DNA of 64,000 nt, taken from NCBI GenBank assembly GCA_002189035.1, contig CM007992.1, forward strand, positions 2,046,001-2,110,000, given 5' to 3'. The notes beneath the pieces are model-generated. The model did not search any database, had not been told where the DNA came from, and was given only the letters and a program-made list of their open reading frames with translations. The position numbers and the translations under genes were made by a program. Each line of letters starts with the position of its first letter. Within the stretch, counting starts at the first letter, position 1. Shown piece by piece: positions 33,880 through 45,329 of this stretch. The DNA comes from Utricularia gibba. Lineage: Eukaryota; Plantae; Magnoliophyta.

Positions 33880-35320
33880 ACAGACCACGGAAATAAACGG
33901 CACCTCCGATACCACCTGTAACCCGAAAATCGGCCCAATCCAGTATAGCGATTTTCATCCATAACATATTTGGGCACACCGTGGGCAGATCTATTGTCCC
34001 ACTCGAGAAATCCACAGAAATCACTCACCAGACACTGACCATGGCAATAAATAGCACAGCCACCAATACGGTCCACGGAGCAAGTGCCGACGTACAGCCA
34101 CCAGATCTATTTGTTTCCGGTGGGAGTTATGCTCCTAGAATTTGGTGTTTATTGTCATAGTCCCAATAAGCATCAACATAATGATTTGGAGCTTCTCCAA
34201 AATCGTAATCTGCATATTCTTCTAATATACGAAATTTGAATTAGATTCATAACACATATCATACATTAAAATTATAATATATCATACAATGCTAAAATTA
34301 ATTATGCAATATACCTTCTTAATTTTCCCTTGAAGCTGTTGGAACATCATTATTTTCAACATTAATATAACTATTTGAAAAATTGTTAAAATATGTTGAG
34401 GGATCTCCTAAATAGGAGGGAGTAACAGATTTGCTGGAACTAACATACAAATCCACTGGCAAATTAATATGATTTGGATGAAAAATATAAGAAAGTTTTA
34501 TCTATGAATAAATAGTCATATATCGCATTGTATTACTTTCCTGGTCATAGTATTGGGTAGATAGATTAAGTGTGTATTTGTTAGAGTTGATTCCACAAAA
34601 TGCAAACAATTGATTGATGAGATCCTGCATTTCAATATTTATATCAAAATCTGCAAATCCTATCAGTGGCGTATCGTAAGTTGTAAAATCTCCATAGTTG
34701 ATTATATTGTCTCCAGTGAAAATCCTCACATGCACCAGCTTCTTCCTTGAGATTTGCAAGAACAAATGAAGAGATATCAAGAAGGGTTCAAAGAATGAGC
34801 ATAACCTCTCCGATGAGTGTGTGCCCATTTATAAGCTCTAAAATTAATGATTGTGGATACAAGTGGCAAACACATCACATGATAATGAAATAATTCAGTT
34901 AAATAAATTTGTTTCATCATAATAAAATTTTATTATTTTATGAAAAAAATTTATTATTATATACTTAAGTTTATTTATATTTATATTACATATATATTGA
35001 TTATATTAAATAAGCGGGATAGTGGGTGAAGTGCTTGCGCGCGACGAGGCGTCATCCTCGCTGCATGGAGGCACACCCTGCTGGCTGCTGGAGCATAAAT
35101 TGGTCATTGGGGTGGCTACTCATGCAGGACGCCTGCACGTCCCGACCTTGCACCAAGTCGCGCATGATGCACGCATGCGAGATATGCGGCGACGTCGGCG
35201 ACATGCACACAATGCCCGCACGCCCCGGCCACGCCCACGACGCACCCACGCAGATGCCTGCCATGGCAAGGAGTGGCGCTGCGGGGGCAAGGGCGCGGAG
35301 AGGGGTGGCATGGGTTCAAT
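33880..35320 (-). mobile_element. Probable MULE-related remnant with a GC-rich upstream island
   Basis: ORF 34502-34828 (VRIFTGDNIINYGDFTTY...MQDLINQLFAFCGIN) resembles the MuDR transposase N-terminal region. CGFLEWD near 33995 resembles the end of a GRF zinc finger. No TIRs found. Confidence 0.4.
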
Positions 35321-35525
35321 TTATTTTCATTACAAATTATGTTTTTTTTTATAAAATTCAATTTAGTTTAATATAATATTAAATAAATTACACAATGTGT
35401 TTATTGATATGATTTATAATGAAATCAAAATTATATATTCATATATATACATTTATATTTGTATTTACATTTTTTATAAATATATGTTGTAAATCAAACA
35501 CAAAAGAAGAATAAAAACCCTAAAA

Positions 35526-35777
35526 TGTTGTCCTAATGGGCCTGACACAAAAATGGAGCAAAACGTGGGCTCAGATCGCACACACGCGAGAGGCTTTCTG
35601 GCCCTCCAAGAGCCCAACCCAATCTAATAAATTAAGATCCTACGTACGCATGAGGCCCAGCTTAGTCTCAAGCCCATAAAGGGTATTGGGTTGCTTTCCT
35701 TTATAAACTAGTTGAACATGTGTTCAACTAGCAATGTAGGATAAATAATCCCTTCTCCAATACACATTATTCTAACA
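35526..35777 (-). repeat. Small LTR-like repeat, related to about 44640-44905
   Basis: Shared AGCCCAACCCAATCTAATAAATTA, TAGTTGAA...TTCAACTAGCAAT and TCCCTTCTCCAATAC blocks; rc begins TGTTAGAA. No TSD. Confidence 0.55.
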
Positions 35778-36352
35778 ATATAATATCTATTTTTATTATA
35801 CAAAACATAATATCATATAATATGAATAAAAAGCATGAATTTAACAAATGAATAAATAAAAAAGAGCTAGTTTGATCACAATTCCAAATTGTATTATTTA
35901 ACTAATAGATTTTTTAAAAAGAGTTATTTTACTAAATAATTTTGGTAATGAATAATGATATGTGTTTTTTGATTTTTTTAAAATATTTTTCTTCTTAAAA
36001 AACCAAAGTGAAAAATTAGTTATATTTTTAATGTTTTATAATTCTTTTTACATTTAATTATCTTATATTTAGTGTAAATTAATAATTTTCACATAATTTA
36101 TCAAATTTACATAATAAAATAAATAGAAAAAAAAATTAAAACCCATGTCGACATCCGATTAGATAAAATGGATATATAGAATCTTTATTTAATAGAAATT
36201 GAATAAAATAGAAGAAAATAAAAATTAATTTTTAGAAAATGAATACTTTTTTAACACAGTAATATTGGGCTGCTCCTACTTGGGCCAAGAAATTGAAAAC
36301 TGCTGTAGCTCAAATAGCTAGCTCACGTTCCTCTTTGGCGAAACCCAAGTGA

Positions 36353-36774
36353 TGAATGTTACAAATAACCCACCAAAATGACACTTAAGTCAGTTTTTTA
36401 CTTCCTTTGCAGAACATCAGGAGAGGAGCCTCTTGGAGATCTTGCACCGCAGGAACTCTCTGTAGTCTGCCATCTAGAAGAACCTCCGATCAGTGATCGG
36501 AGAAGTCGAACAAGAAGAAAAGACCCCTCCAACTCCTGCCAACCCTGTGAGGGTTGCTGTTGTTAACCATTCTGTTGTTTGGGAATAATCTGGCCGGTGC
36601 GAGCCTGATTCTTGGAGCTGTTTCTGATCATGTATTAAAAACTCAATATCTAGTAGAGAGTTTTGGTCTGGTGTAACTAGTACCCGTGGTTTTTTACCAT
36701 TCTTGGTTTTCCACGTTAAAATTATGTGTTCTTTGTTTACATTTTGTTCCCGATTGCACAGAAATCTTGTAACA
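36353..36774 (+). mobile_element. Solo copia-type LTR (about 422 bp)
   Basis: Ends ...CTTGTAACA; U5 motif CCCGTGGTTTTTT...TTTTCCACGT shared with 27550-27999; imperfect TSD AGTGA/AGTAA. Confidence 0.6.
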
Positions 36775-36779
36775 AGTAA

Positions 36780-37093
36780 TACATAGTGTATACTTTTTAA
36801 ATAGCAGTAAAATGCAATGGGTAGAAAAGCAAAGGACCCAGACCAGATGCCGCACACAAGCACAAACACACTGTGGTCTTCCTTTCTTATTCCAATAACT
36901 GAATTATGCAAATGCAGCAGTAGACGAGACAATATAACTTGAAAACTCCTCCACTGATTCTTGGGTTCAGCTGATGGGTTGGCGACCTCAAAGGGAGCTG
37001 AGGGAGAGGGAGGACGGGTGGAATAACTGGGAGAAACCACGAGGGCGACAACTAGGAGAAAGGCAGCAAATGCGAGTGCTACTCTGAAGCCAT
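36780..37093 (-). pseudogene. Candidate small secreted, Pro/Ser-rich (AG-peptide-like?) protein gene with a frameshift at codon 3
   Basis: GAAGATGGCT start context at 37093. Adding 1 nt gives MASRVALAFAAFLLVVALVVSPSYS-TRPPSPSAPFEVANPSAEP, which has signal-peptide architecture. Confidence 0.4.
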
Positions 37094-37679
37094 CTTCAGA
37101 GTCTCCTAGTTATGGTTTTGCATGGGTTGAAGTACATAATTGTTCCAATTGTTAAATTTATTCCATCTCTTTTAAAAAATTTTGCAGACAATTTTTTAAT
37201 ATAAAAAAATGTTTCAAACTTAAATTGAATACTAGATAAATAGGGCAATATACAGTCCAATGTAATCAATTGGAGATATTTAAAACTCTATTTGTTTCTA
37301 TTATTCAAAAATTAATTTTGAGGTAACTTTTAGGTGGTTAATATATATTCCAATGAAAGATATCTGAAGTGTTGTTTGATTTTATTTTTTAAAAATTAAT
37401 TTTGAGAAACTAAATACTAGATAAAGTCTGTCAACATAGAGTCCAATTAAACCAATGGGAAATATTTAAACCCTTCAAAACTGGGTTAATCTTTTATATT
37501 AAAACTTTGTTTGATTCTATCCTATGAAAAGTAATTTATTTTAGATAAAATTAGATAAATTGGGGTAATATATAGTCCAATATACCAATGAAAAATATTT
37601 AAAGTATTAGAAAACTGGACACCATATTCCAAATGTATGACAAAAATGGACACCATATATATAAAATATTGATCATAAT

Positions 37680-38811
37680 TGATGATAATTTTATAAGTGT
37701 ACCTATATCATCGAAATAATAAAATAAAATCGTATCCACAAGAAATTATTATTGAAATTTTTTTTTTAAAAAACAATAACTCAAAAAGAGCAAAAACAAA
37801 ACAGATGTTTAGTTTTAAAAATAATAATAAAAGTGACTTCGAATCTAGGAACCACCTTGCTTAAAACTCGCTTATACTTGTATGTGTAAATCTTGAAATT
37901 TAACCTGCTTATGCAAGTTTTGGGGTGTTATTTTAAAATAGTGCTATTCATTCATCATTATAGTACCGTCCTTGGTTTAGTGAGATTATACAATCAACCA
38001 CGCCACTAGAACTATTTCACTTATTGTGATAACCTATGTTTTCATCACATCCAAATTTAACTCTACATCTCACACCTTATAGATAGATTAGATAGAATAT
38101 ACCTTACTAACAATATTTAATTGATGTCTTCTTCTTAGGTTTTTGAGACCAACTTTAGAGTCTCTCACACTTTTTTAGGATTGTATGATACTAAAGAACA
38201 CGTTGCGAAAAAATAGAATTAAACCTCAAATTAAATGTCGAAGAACATAGTAAAATAGTTACACGTGTAGGACTTGCACAAGTAAACCTTCCCCATAGAT
38301 CCTTTAGATGCAAGTGGCTACACACGCACATTTGACTATAACATGAAAATAGGGAAAAATACAAAAAAAAAGCAGTCCAACACCCTAACATTTGACTCTA
38401 ATGATTGAATGAGTAAGATATTTATAAAATAGCAAATCCAATTCTTCATACTAGGCTTATTTGATGAACTTGAATAAAATCCTCTATACAAATATTTTAT
38501 CTAAATCTTGCAAGATCATTTTTAAATCTTTATTTTATCTACGAATCTTTCATCAAATGTTGATCCTTTGACTAAGTATTGAGATTGAGATTCGTGGTCC
38601 ATCAAGGTCATAAATTGTTAGATCTTGATTTCTCCTCAAATTGATCTAAAAATATTCTATACAAAATACATTTTCTTTTCGAAAAAATCAAAATAGTGTA
38701 AAAGATCTAAAATCAATTAAAAATAATGAAAATTAGAGTTTAAAATAGATAAAAACAATATTTAAGAGTAATGAAATAACAAATTTTGAAATGATACAAA
38801 ATCAATTATCA
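37680..38811 (-). mobile_element. Athila-like solo LTR, copy 3 (1132 bp), strongly C>T/G>A eroded
   Basis: Collinear with copies 1 and 2; TSD ATAAT/TTAAT. Confidence 0.88.
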
Positions 38812-39878
38812 TTAATATGTGATACATAAATACTATTTTTCTAAATGCTCCTAATATATAGTTCAAAAGAAGTGGGGAGAGTTCAAGAACGGCAAGTTTC
38901 ACATGGCGTCGTAGCTTTAGAATACAATAAAATTAATTAATTAATACGTTCGTTTGTGGGCCCCAACCCCCGATTTAGTGAACCATAGTCATGGGAAAAA
39001 AGAATAGAAAAAGAGTATGGCGGGGGATGAATGGCGACGTCCGTCCTTCAAAACTCGTGGGTGTATTTTTCGCTCCTAATCCCATAAGCACATTTTTTAT
39101 ATCAAAGATTATATAATGAGTGTTTTAGATTATTTGTGATTGATGTATATTAAATATAATAGATTATATATTTTTTATGTTTGGTATATATAATCAAATT
39201 TATTTGTGATCATAAAAATTGTCATATTTAGTTTGAAAGTTTATAAACGCACATAAATGTAAAATATAAAAAATATTCGAATCATATAATTTTTAATTTA
39301 TTTCTCTCCCTACTTTTTCACCTTTTTCGCACAAAAAAGTTGCATTATTACTGCAAACACTTCTCGAATAATTACAATTAGAGCAATTCTTCTTAAATAC
39401 GTCCAATTTTTCAGCAAAATCACAATATTTTTATTTTTAATCCATATCCAGTTATTAATCCATGGTTCAATAATTAATCAAATAAAATGCTCATTAAAAT
39501 CTATCACTTTATCAAATCAGTGGCATTTGTAGATACACAACAATGTAATCATTTGAATGAATGAATGGAATGGATCCCACGGCTGCTAAAGGAAATGTCC
39601 AGATACATAGATGAATTGACAACACTCCAACCCTCTCGCTATTGGCTTGGGTCGCCCACTAACCGGGAGAAGCTGCATTCGACGTGCGATCAACACCTGT
39701 CCAAGTTTTCGGATATGGACGATAAATTAGCATACTATTTGCTTTTTCAGTTTTTGTTGCTCGCTGTAGTTGATGAGATCTCCCAAGTTGGATCCACGCA
39801 AAGCCGCCCACATGAATCATTGCATGTTGCTAAACAGGAAGGCGCTGTGAGAATATGTCAATCATGGTGCATGTTGTT

Positions 39879-42800
39879 TATTGGGGTCAGCTGCCACCTT
39901 GGACAAGAAGGAGAATGAAGCTCAAGATAAATAAATTACTTTTGTTATTGTATTTCTTTGAGTCTTTTGAAGCATGTGCAAGGTATATGTAATATTGGTA
40001 TGAATACCCAAATTTGTTAAATGTTCAAGTTGTTGGGAACAATTGATTTTGTGTGGGGAGTTTGTCCTTGAAATTTAAGGTTGTTGAATCATCTTGTTCT
40101 TCAAAATTCATCCTTCAATCGTTGAACATTCAAGGTTCTAACAGGGTATCAGAGCTCCAAAGAGTTTGCCTATGAACGAGTAAGTGAATTTATCTGCTAT
40201 CTTTAAAATCTCAGATATGTTTTTATAGCAAAATGGAATCTGGGTATGCACCTTATTCAAAAGCTTGATGCGATGAACTATCGTGAGTGGGTGTTGTTGA
40301 TGACTACTTTTCTCAAAACAAGACAGCCATGGGTATTTGTTGAATATAAGGTTGAAGAGCCAAAATTATCTACAAATCCCACAAATCCAGAGAAAAAGAA
40401 GTGGGAGGAGTTTCATGAGAAACAAGATGCTAAGATGATGGCTCTCCAACTATATGTTGTGTCACCACATGAAATCGGGTCTAAACTGAAAGATAAATTT
40501 GATGGAGATGACCAAATGCGTAAGATTCATGCAAGAACATAATTAGCAGAGTTTGAGAGGAATAAAATGAAATCCACAGAAACCTTGTAGGATTATTATT
40601 ATTGCACTCTTCAACTGGTGAATGAACTACGAGACTTTGGAGAAGATATACCTGAGGAAAAGATCATAGATGAAGCTATGAGGAGTATGCCTGCTAAGTT
40701 TGAAGCAAAGTTATGTACTCTAGAGGCTGGGGACAGTATTAAGAGGGTCTTAAAATTACAGAAAAATGGACTTTTCTTCATTGCAAGCACCTGAGAAACG
40801 AATGGCTATGCGGGAGGAAGAGAAAGAAGCAAGTGAAAATACTCAATCGGTACTCATCAATAAGTCAAGTAGAAATGACACTACTAAAAGGAAAGAAAAG
40901 TAAGCAGAGAACCCAGTGAGTCACGTATTCACTCAAACAAATTTGAACACACTATTCGACAAAACAAGAAAATGCATGTACACATTGTGGCCGAAAATAT
41001 CACTTTCTAGACACTTCATGGCGGCATCTAGATGCAGTTTGTACTTATTGCAAGAGTAAAGGACATAAAGATAGAGTTTGCCCGTCTCAAAATCCTAAGA
41101 GCATACCACCTTCAAGGAAAAACACAAACAATTGCTTTCTGTTATCATGAAGGGAAAATGGAAATTGATAATCAGCTCGATTTTGAGTTTGCATCGAAGG
41201 CATCTGAACAATTATGTGATGGATGGTTCTTAGACAGCAGAGCCTTGAAACACGTGTAAAGAAGCTGTTTATTTTTAGGATATAGCTCGACTATATGCTG
41301 AGATGGTTAAGGGTGTTGTTTCTTGAAAATCAACACAAGTTAAAGGACGAGGAACCATATTTCAAGATGTGGTGATTGAAGATGTGTGCTTCATTCCAGA
41401 TTTGACAAAAAATTTAATCAGCCTTGGACAACTACATAAAAAAAAGTTTCAGATGATACTTATGGAGGAAGAGTTTCAGGTCAAAGATCTTTCTAGCAAG
41501 ATAACAGTTGATGCGGTTGATGAACATTGTAAATTATCGCTAAATGTCACGATCTAACATGTTTAACGCATCAAATTTATAAATCAAACTATTCTACTAC
41601 ATAAATCAAATAAATTAATATAGTATGAAAAGCAAGGTTCAAATCTAAATGAAATAGTTTTAATTTCTCGAATTACTTTACATTTATTGAAAACAAGGGA
41701 GGGTTTCTAGAAGTTTATGTCTTAGATGCGTAAGACATAAAATAACAACAGTTGAAATGAACAAGTTAAGTTATAAGGGTGGAGAAGCATAGAAAATAAT
41801 AGAAATGTGTAGAAAATGTAAAATGAAGGTAACTTGACTGGGTTTTATATTAGGATCTGATTCTTGTGTCACTTAAGAGAGTTCATAAGCTTAAACCCAT
41901 CTTTATCCCATCCAAAAACAGAGTAAATGGTTAATAAAGACATATTAAACTTAAAATTAAAGACAAAGAACTCAAACAAAAATTGGTTCATAAGCTTGAA
42001 TAATGTATACATGAGATTTCTTGTTCACAACCAAGCATAAGAAATGCAAAGAAAAGCATGAAAATACAGAAAATGACAGCAACAAGTTCAATAACAGAAA
42101 TGAAAGTACGGAAAGCCAAAATAAATTGTCAAGCGATTACTCTGGTCGTAGATTTACTTAAACTAAAAGTTCTAGGCATAAATCTGATAGTAAAATGTAG
42201 ATCTGGAGGCTGGCTTGAGCTATTTGCCAGAGAATCACCGTTCTCCTTGCATCCTCATTTTTTTCCTGCTCAAAGGAAGGGCATCTCCATCTTTTGCATA
42301 GGTTTCTTGCTCAAGATCTTATCTTTTTAGAGGACGGTTGCTTTCGGCTAAAAGTCACTTTTGTATAACTTTTCTATTTCTTTTGACTTGTTAACACAGA
42401 AAGTGTGCTATCAGTATTAACTCTTACCCTATTAAGACTAAGATGCAGACTAGGAAGAAACATTAAAGTTTTCGACCCAATTGTTGCTAATTGAACCTAT
42501 TTTCATAACAAACACCTTATAACGAACTAGATGCACAAAAGGAAATAATTACACATATAAAGCAACATTATACCTCATAAAATAACCCTAAAAACACATA
42601 CAATAATTAAATAAAAATGGTGTTATCTGCAGTCCTATTGTGTAATAATTTGTATAAGCAGGATATTTGTAAGATTTCAAAAAGGTGCTTCAAAATATCA
42701 TAAGAAGCATACCAGTGGCATGGCAGATTTGCTCATTTTGGTATGAAAAAAAATTAAAGATATTTCAAAAGGATGATACTATCAATAGCTGATATACTAT

Positions 42801-43061
42801 TGGGCCACCTGCCATTTTGGAGAAGAAGGAGAATGAATCTCAGGATAAATAAATTACTTTTGTTATTGTATTTCTTTGACACTTTTGAAGCATATGCAAG
42901 GCATGTGTAATGTGGGTATAAATACTCAACTGTGTTAAATGTTTAAGTTGTCGGGAACAATTGATTTTGTGTGGGGAGCTTGTCCTTGAAATTTAGGGCT
43001 GTTGAATCATCTTGTTCTTCAAAATTCATCCTTCAATAGTTGAACATTTAAGGTTCTAGCA
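39879..43061 (+). mobile_element. Degenerate, internally deleted copia related to the young element (LTRs about 39879-40143 and 42798-43061)
   Basis: LTR blocks about 90% identical by eye; PBS GGGTATCAGAGC at 40144-40155; gag EFERNKM...MPAKFEAKLC; GWFLDS; QWHGRFAHFG just before the 3' LTR. Confidence 0.85.
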
Positions 43062-43299
43062 GAGTCAATAGTTCATCAATTTTTGATAGCATACTGTATT
43101 TGATAGCAAAGGCATGTGTTTGGGCTGGCATGATCATTTGGAAGTGGTCTAAAAGGTTGATAGCATAGTGTGTTTGATAAAAATGTAGTTCATGGGCGTT
43201 GGATAGATTTCAACTTCAAGAAAGTGATGCAAGGGGCTGAGATCCTTTATAACAAACACCAAGCTTAAAAGAGCAATATACTTGTAGACAAATGATGAT

Positions 43300-43760
43300 G
43301 AGCTACCTATGATCAAAATGTTATCCACATTGATGCTGTCAAAAATCTTGCCTTTTGGGGTAGACTTTGAGCATCCTCAGATTCTACGTTTGTGTGATTA
43401 AAAAGATGTAAACCCCTTAAAGACAAGGCCATAGTTTTAGCATAAATAGGAATAGCTACACCTCCTTCACAACTCATTTGTCTCATATCCAAGGGTTCCG
43501 TAAAATAGCAATGGCACATCTGGATCCACACATCATTCCTTGGTACAACGCAATCCAGTTAAACAGAGGTCATGACTTCCCAAAAAACTACGCAATGAAT
43601 ACCTACCATACTCCAACCGTAGGCCCATCTTTGTTGATCAACTGTAAATAAAAAAGTGAGCACCTTGGAATTAATAGCGTCTCTTGAGCAGATGCTAGCC
43701 AACCATTTAAATGCTCCTTGGAATTGGCGGATGCCCTATTGTAGTAAAGCTTCCCTTCAC
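43300..43760 (-). pseudogene. L1 LINE ORF1 (DUF4283-like) remnant
   Basis: Across frames: KDGPTVGVW...PLF, VWIQM-PL, GVAIPIYAKT...RG, matching the GPW / VWIxxP.LP / G.PI..D..T pattern. Confidence 0.45.
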
Positions 43761-45329
43761 TTATTTCTTACACCATTCTCAACTATTCTCAATTCTTTAA
43801 GTGGAGGGAATTTTTTTTGAGTCTGTCCTAACAAGTTAGATAGATTGAATAGCCTGAAGAGAGATTTTTGTATCTCATGTACTGCTTCCCCCACTTACGA
43901 AAAGATAGACGATGGATGTGAAAGGGAGAGTGACTAAGTCGAAGCCCTATGGCTGGGCTTGAATATGGCAGTTAGAAAGAGGGTCAGGATGAATGTGAAG
44001 TGGAAACCATTTTAACAATATTTCATACCTGAAGCCATGTTTCGCACACATTCTGATTATCATTTTGTATTCTTAAAATGAGAAATTGATAATTTTCTAG
44101 AATATAACTATTTTAATTTTCTAGAATGAGAATCTAAAATTCTAAACTCATTCTGATTCTAAAAAATGGCACATGAATATAAAATAAAGTATTTTGCTCA
44201 TTCTGATTTCCATTCTCATTCTAACAATTTTTTTTCATAAATGCTATTTTTCTTACCTATTTCAATTCATTTCTTTAAATTCTTTCTCTAGTTTTCCATT
44301 GTAAAGTTTCGAGAAATTAAAAGACCAAGTGTTTCGTGTGAATTAATATTTGTATTTTATTAAAAACTAATTTCACATTTTGCAATGAAATATATTTCTT
44401 ATTATACAATCTTTTTTTAAAGTTACAGAACACAAACTCATTTTTTATCATTCTCATTAGAGTTCATACTCTCATTTTTTTTTTGAAAACTTATATAGGA
44501 ATATGTGTGGAGCATACTCATAGGGATTGTTTGATTTGAATATTTAAGTTTAACCTGGGTTTCATTTATTTGGTTTAATATACAAGTCTCGTGAATTTCA
44601 AAATAACGTGCTTGATATATATGTAAGAATTATTAAGATTAATTTTCCTTGTTTTGTAAGAAGGCTGGATTCACACACAAGCGAGAGGCTTTTGGGTGGC
44701 TTCTCACCCCCTCTCTGTGCGTAGCTTTTTTGGGTTTTAGGACCCTCCGAAAGCCCAACCCAATCTAATAAATTAGAAACTTGTGTGCGCATGAAACCCA
44801 ACTCACTCTCATGCTCAATAACGTTAATGAAATGGTATACCATATAAATTAGTTGAACTCCTCTTCAACTAGCAATTTGGGATACCCATCCCTTCTCCAA
44901 TACAATAAATTTCAATAGAAAAAATATATCATCTATTTAATTTAAATAATTAGATCCGTTCTTTTTAAAAATAAATTAAAAAATATCATGTAAGCTATGA
45001 TCGCAATCATGATATTGATCTGATACTATAATATTTAAAAAAGAAAAATATAATTTTTAATTTACTATGAAATTAATATTTTTTAATGTGATTGCATTAA
45101 TCAAAGGAGAAATAAAAAATGCGGACAATTGCCAACGCGCCCAATAACATCGTGTATTTAAATAATCTACATTTTCCTCTTGATATATATTTTATATTTA
45201 CCGCATGTGTTGAATTGCATTTGATTTATTCAATCTAGGCAAGTAAGAATTGATCATAGTATAATATGCATTCGAAACATGAGTAAAGTATTAAACTCAC
45301 TACCTACCTATCAGATTGTGTCCTTTGAG

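Noticed and set aside
35022-35376. Five overlapping ORFs on both strands
   Set aside because: Expected from stop-codon scarcity in a GC-rich island; no recognisable domain.
36676-36715. Apparent Helitron end or conserved peptide motif shared with 27870-27912
   Set aside because: Better explained as the common U5 motif of two copia-type solo LTRs.
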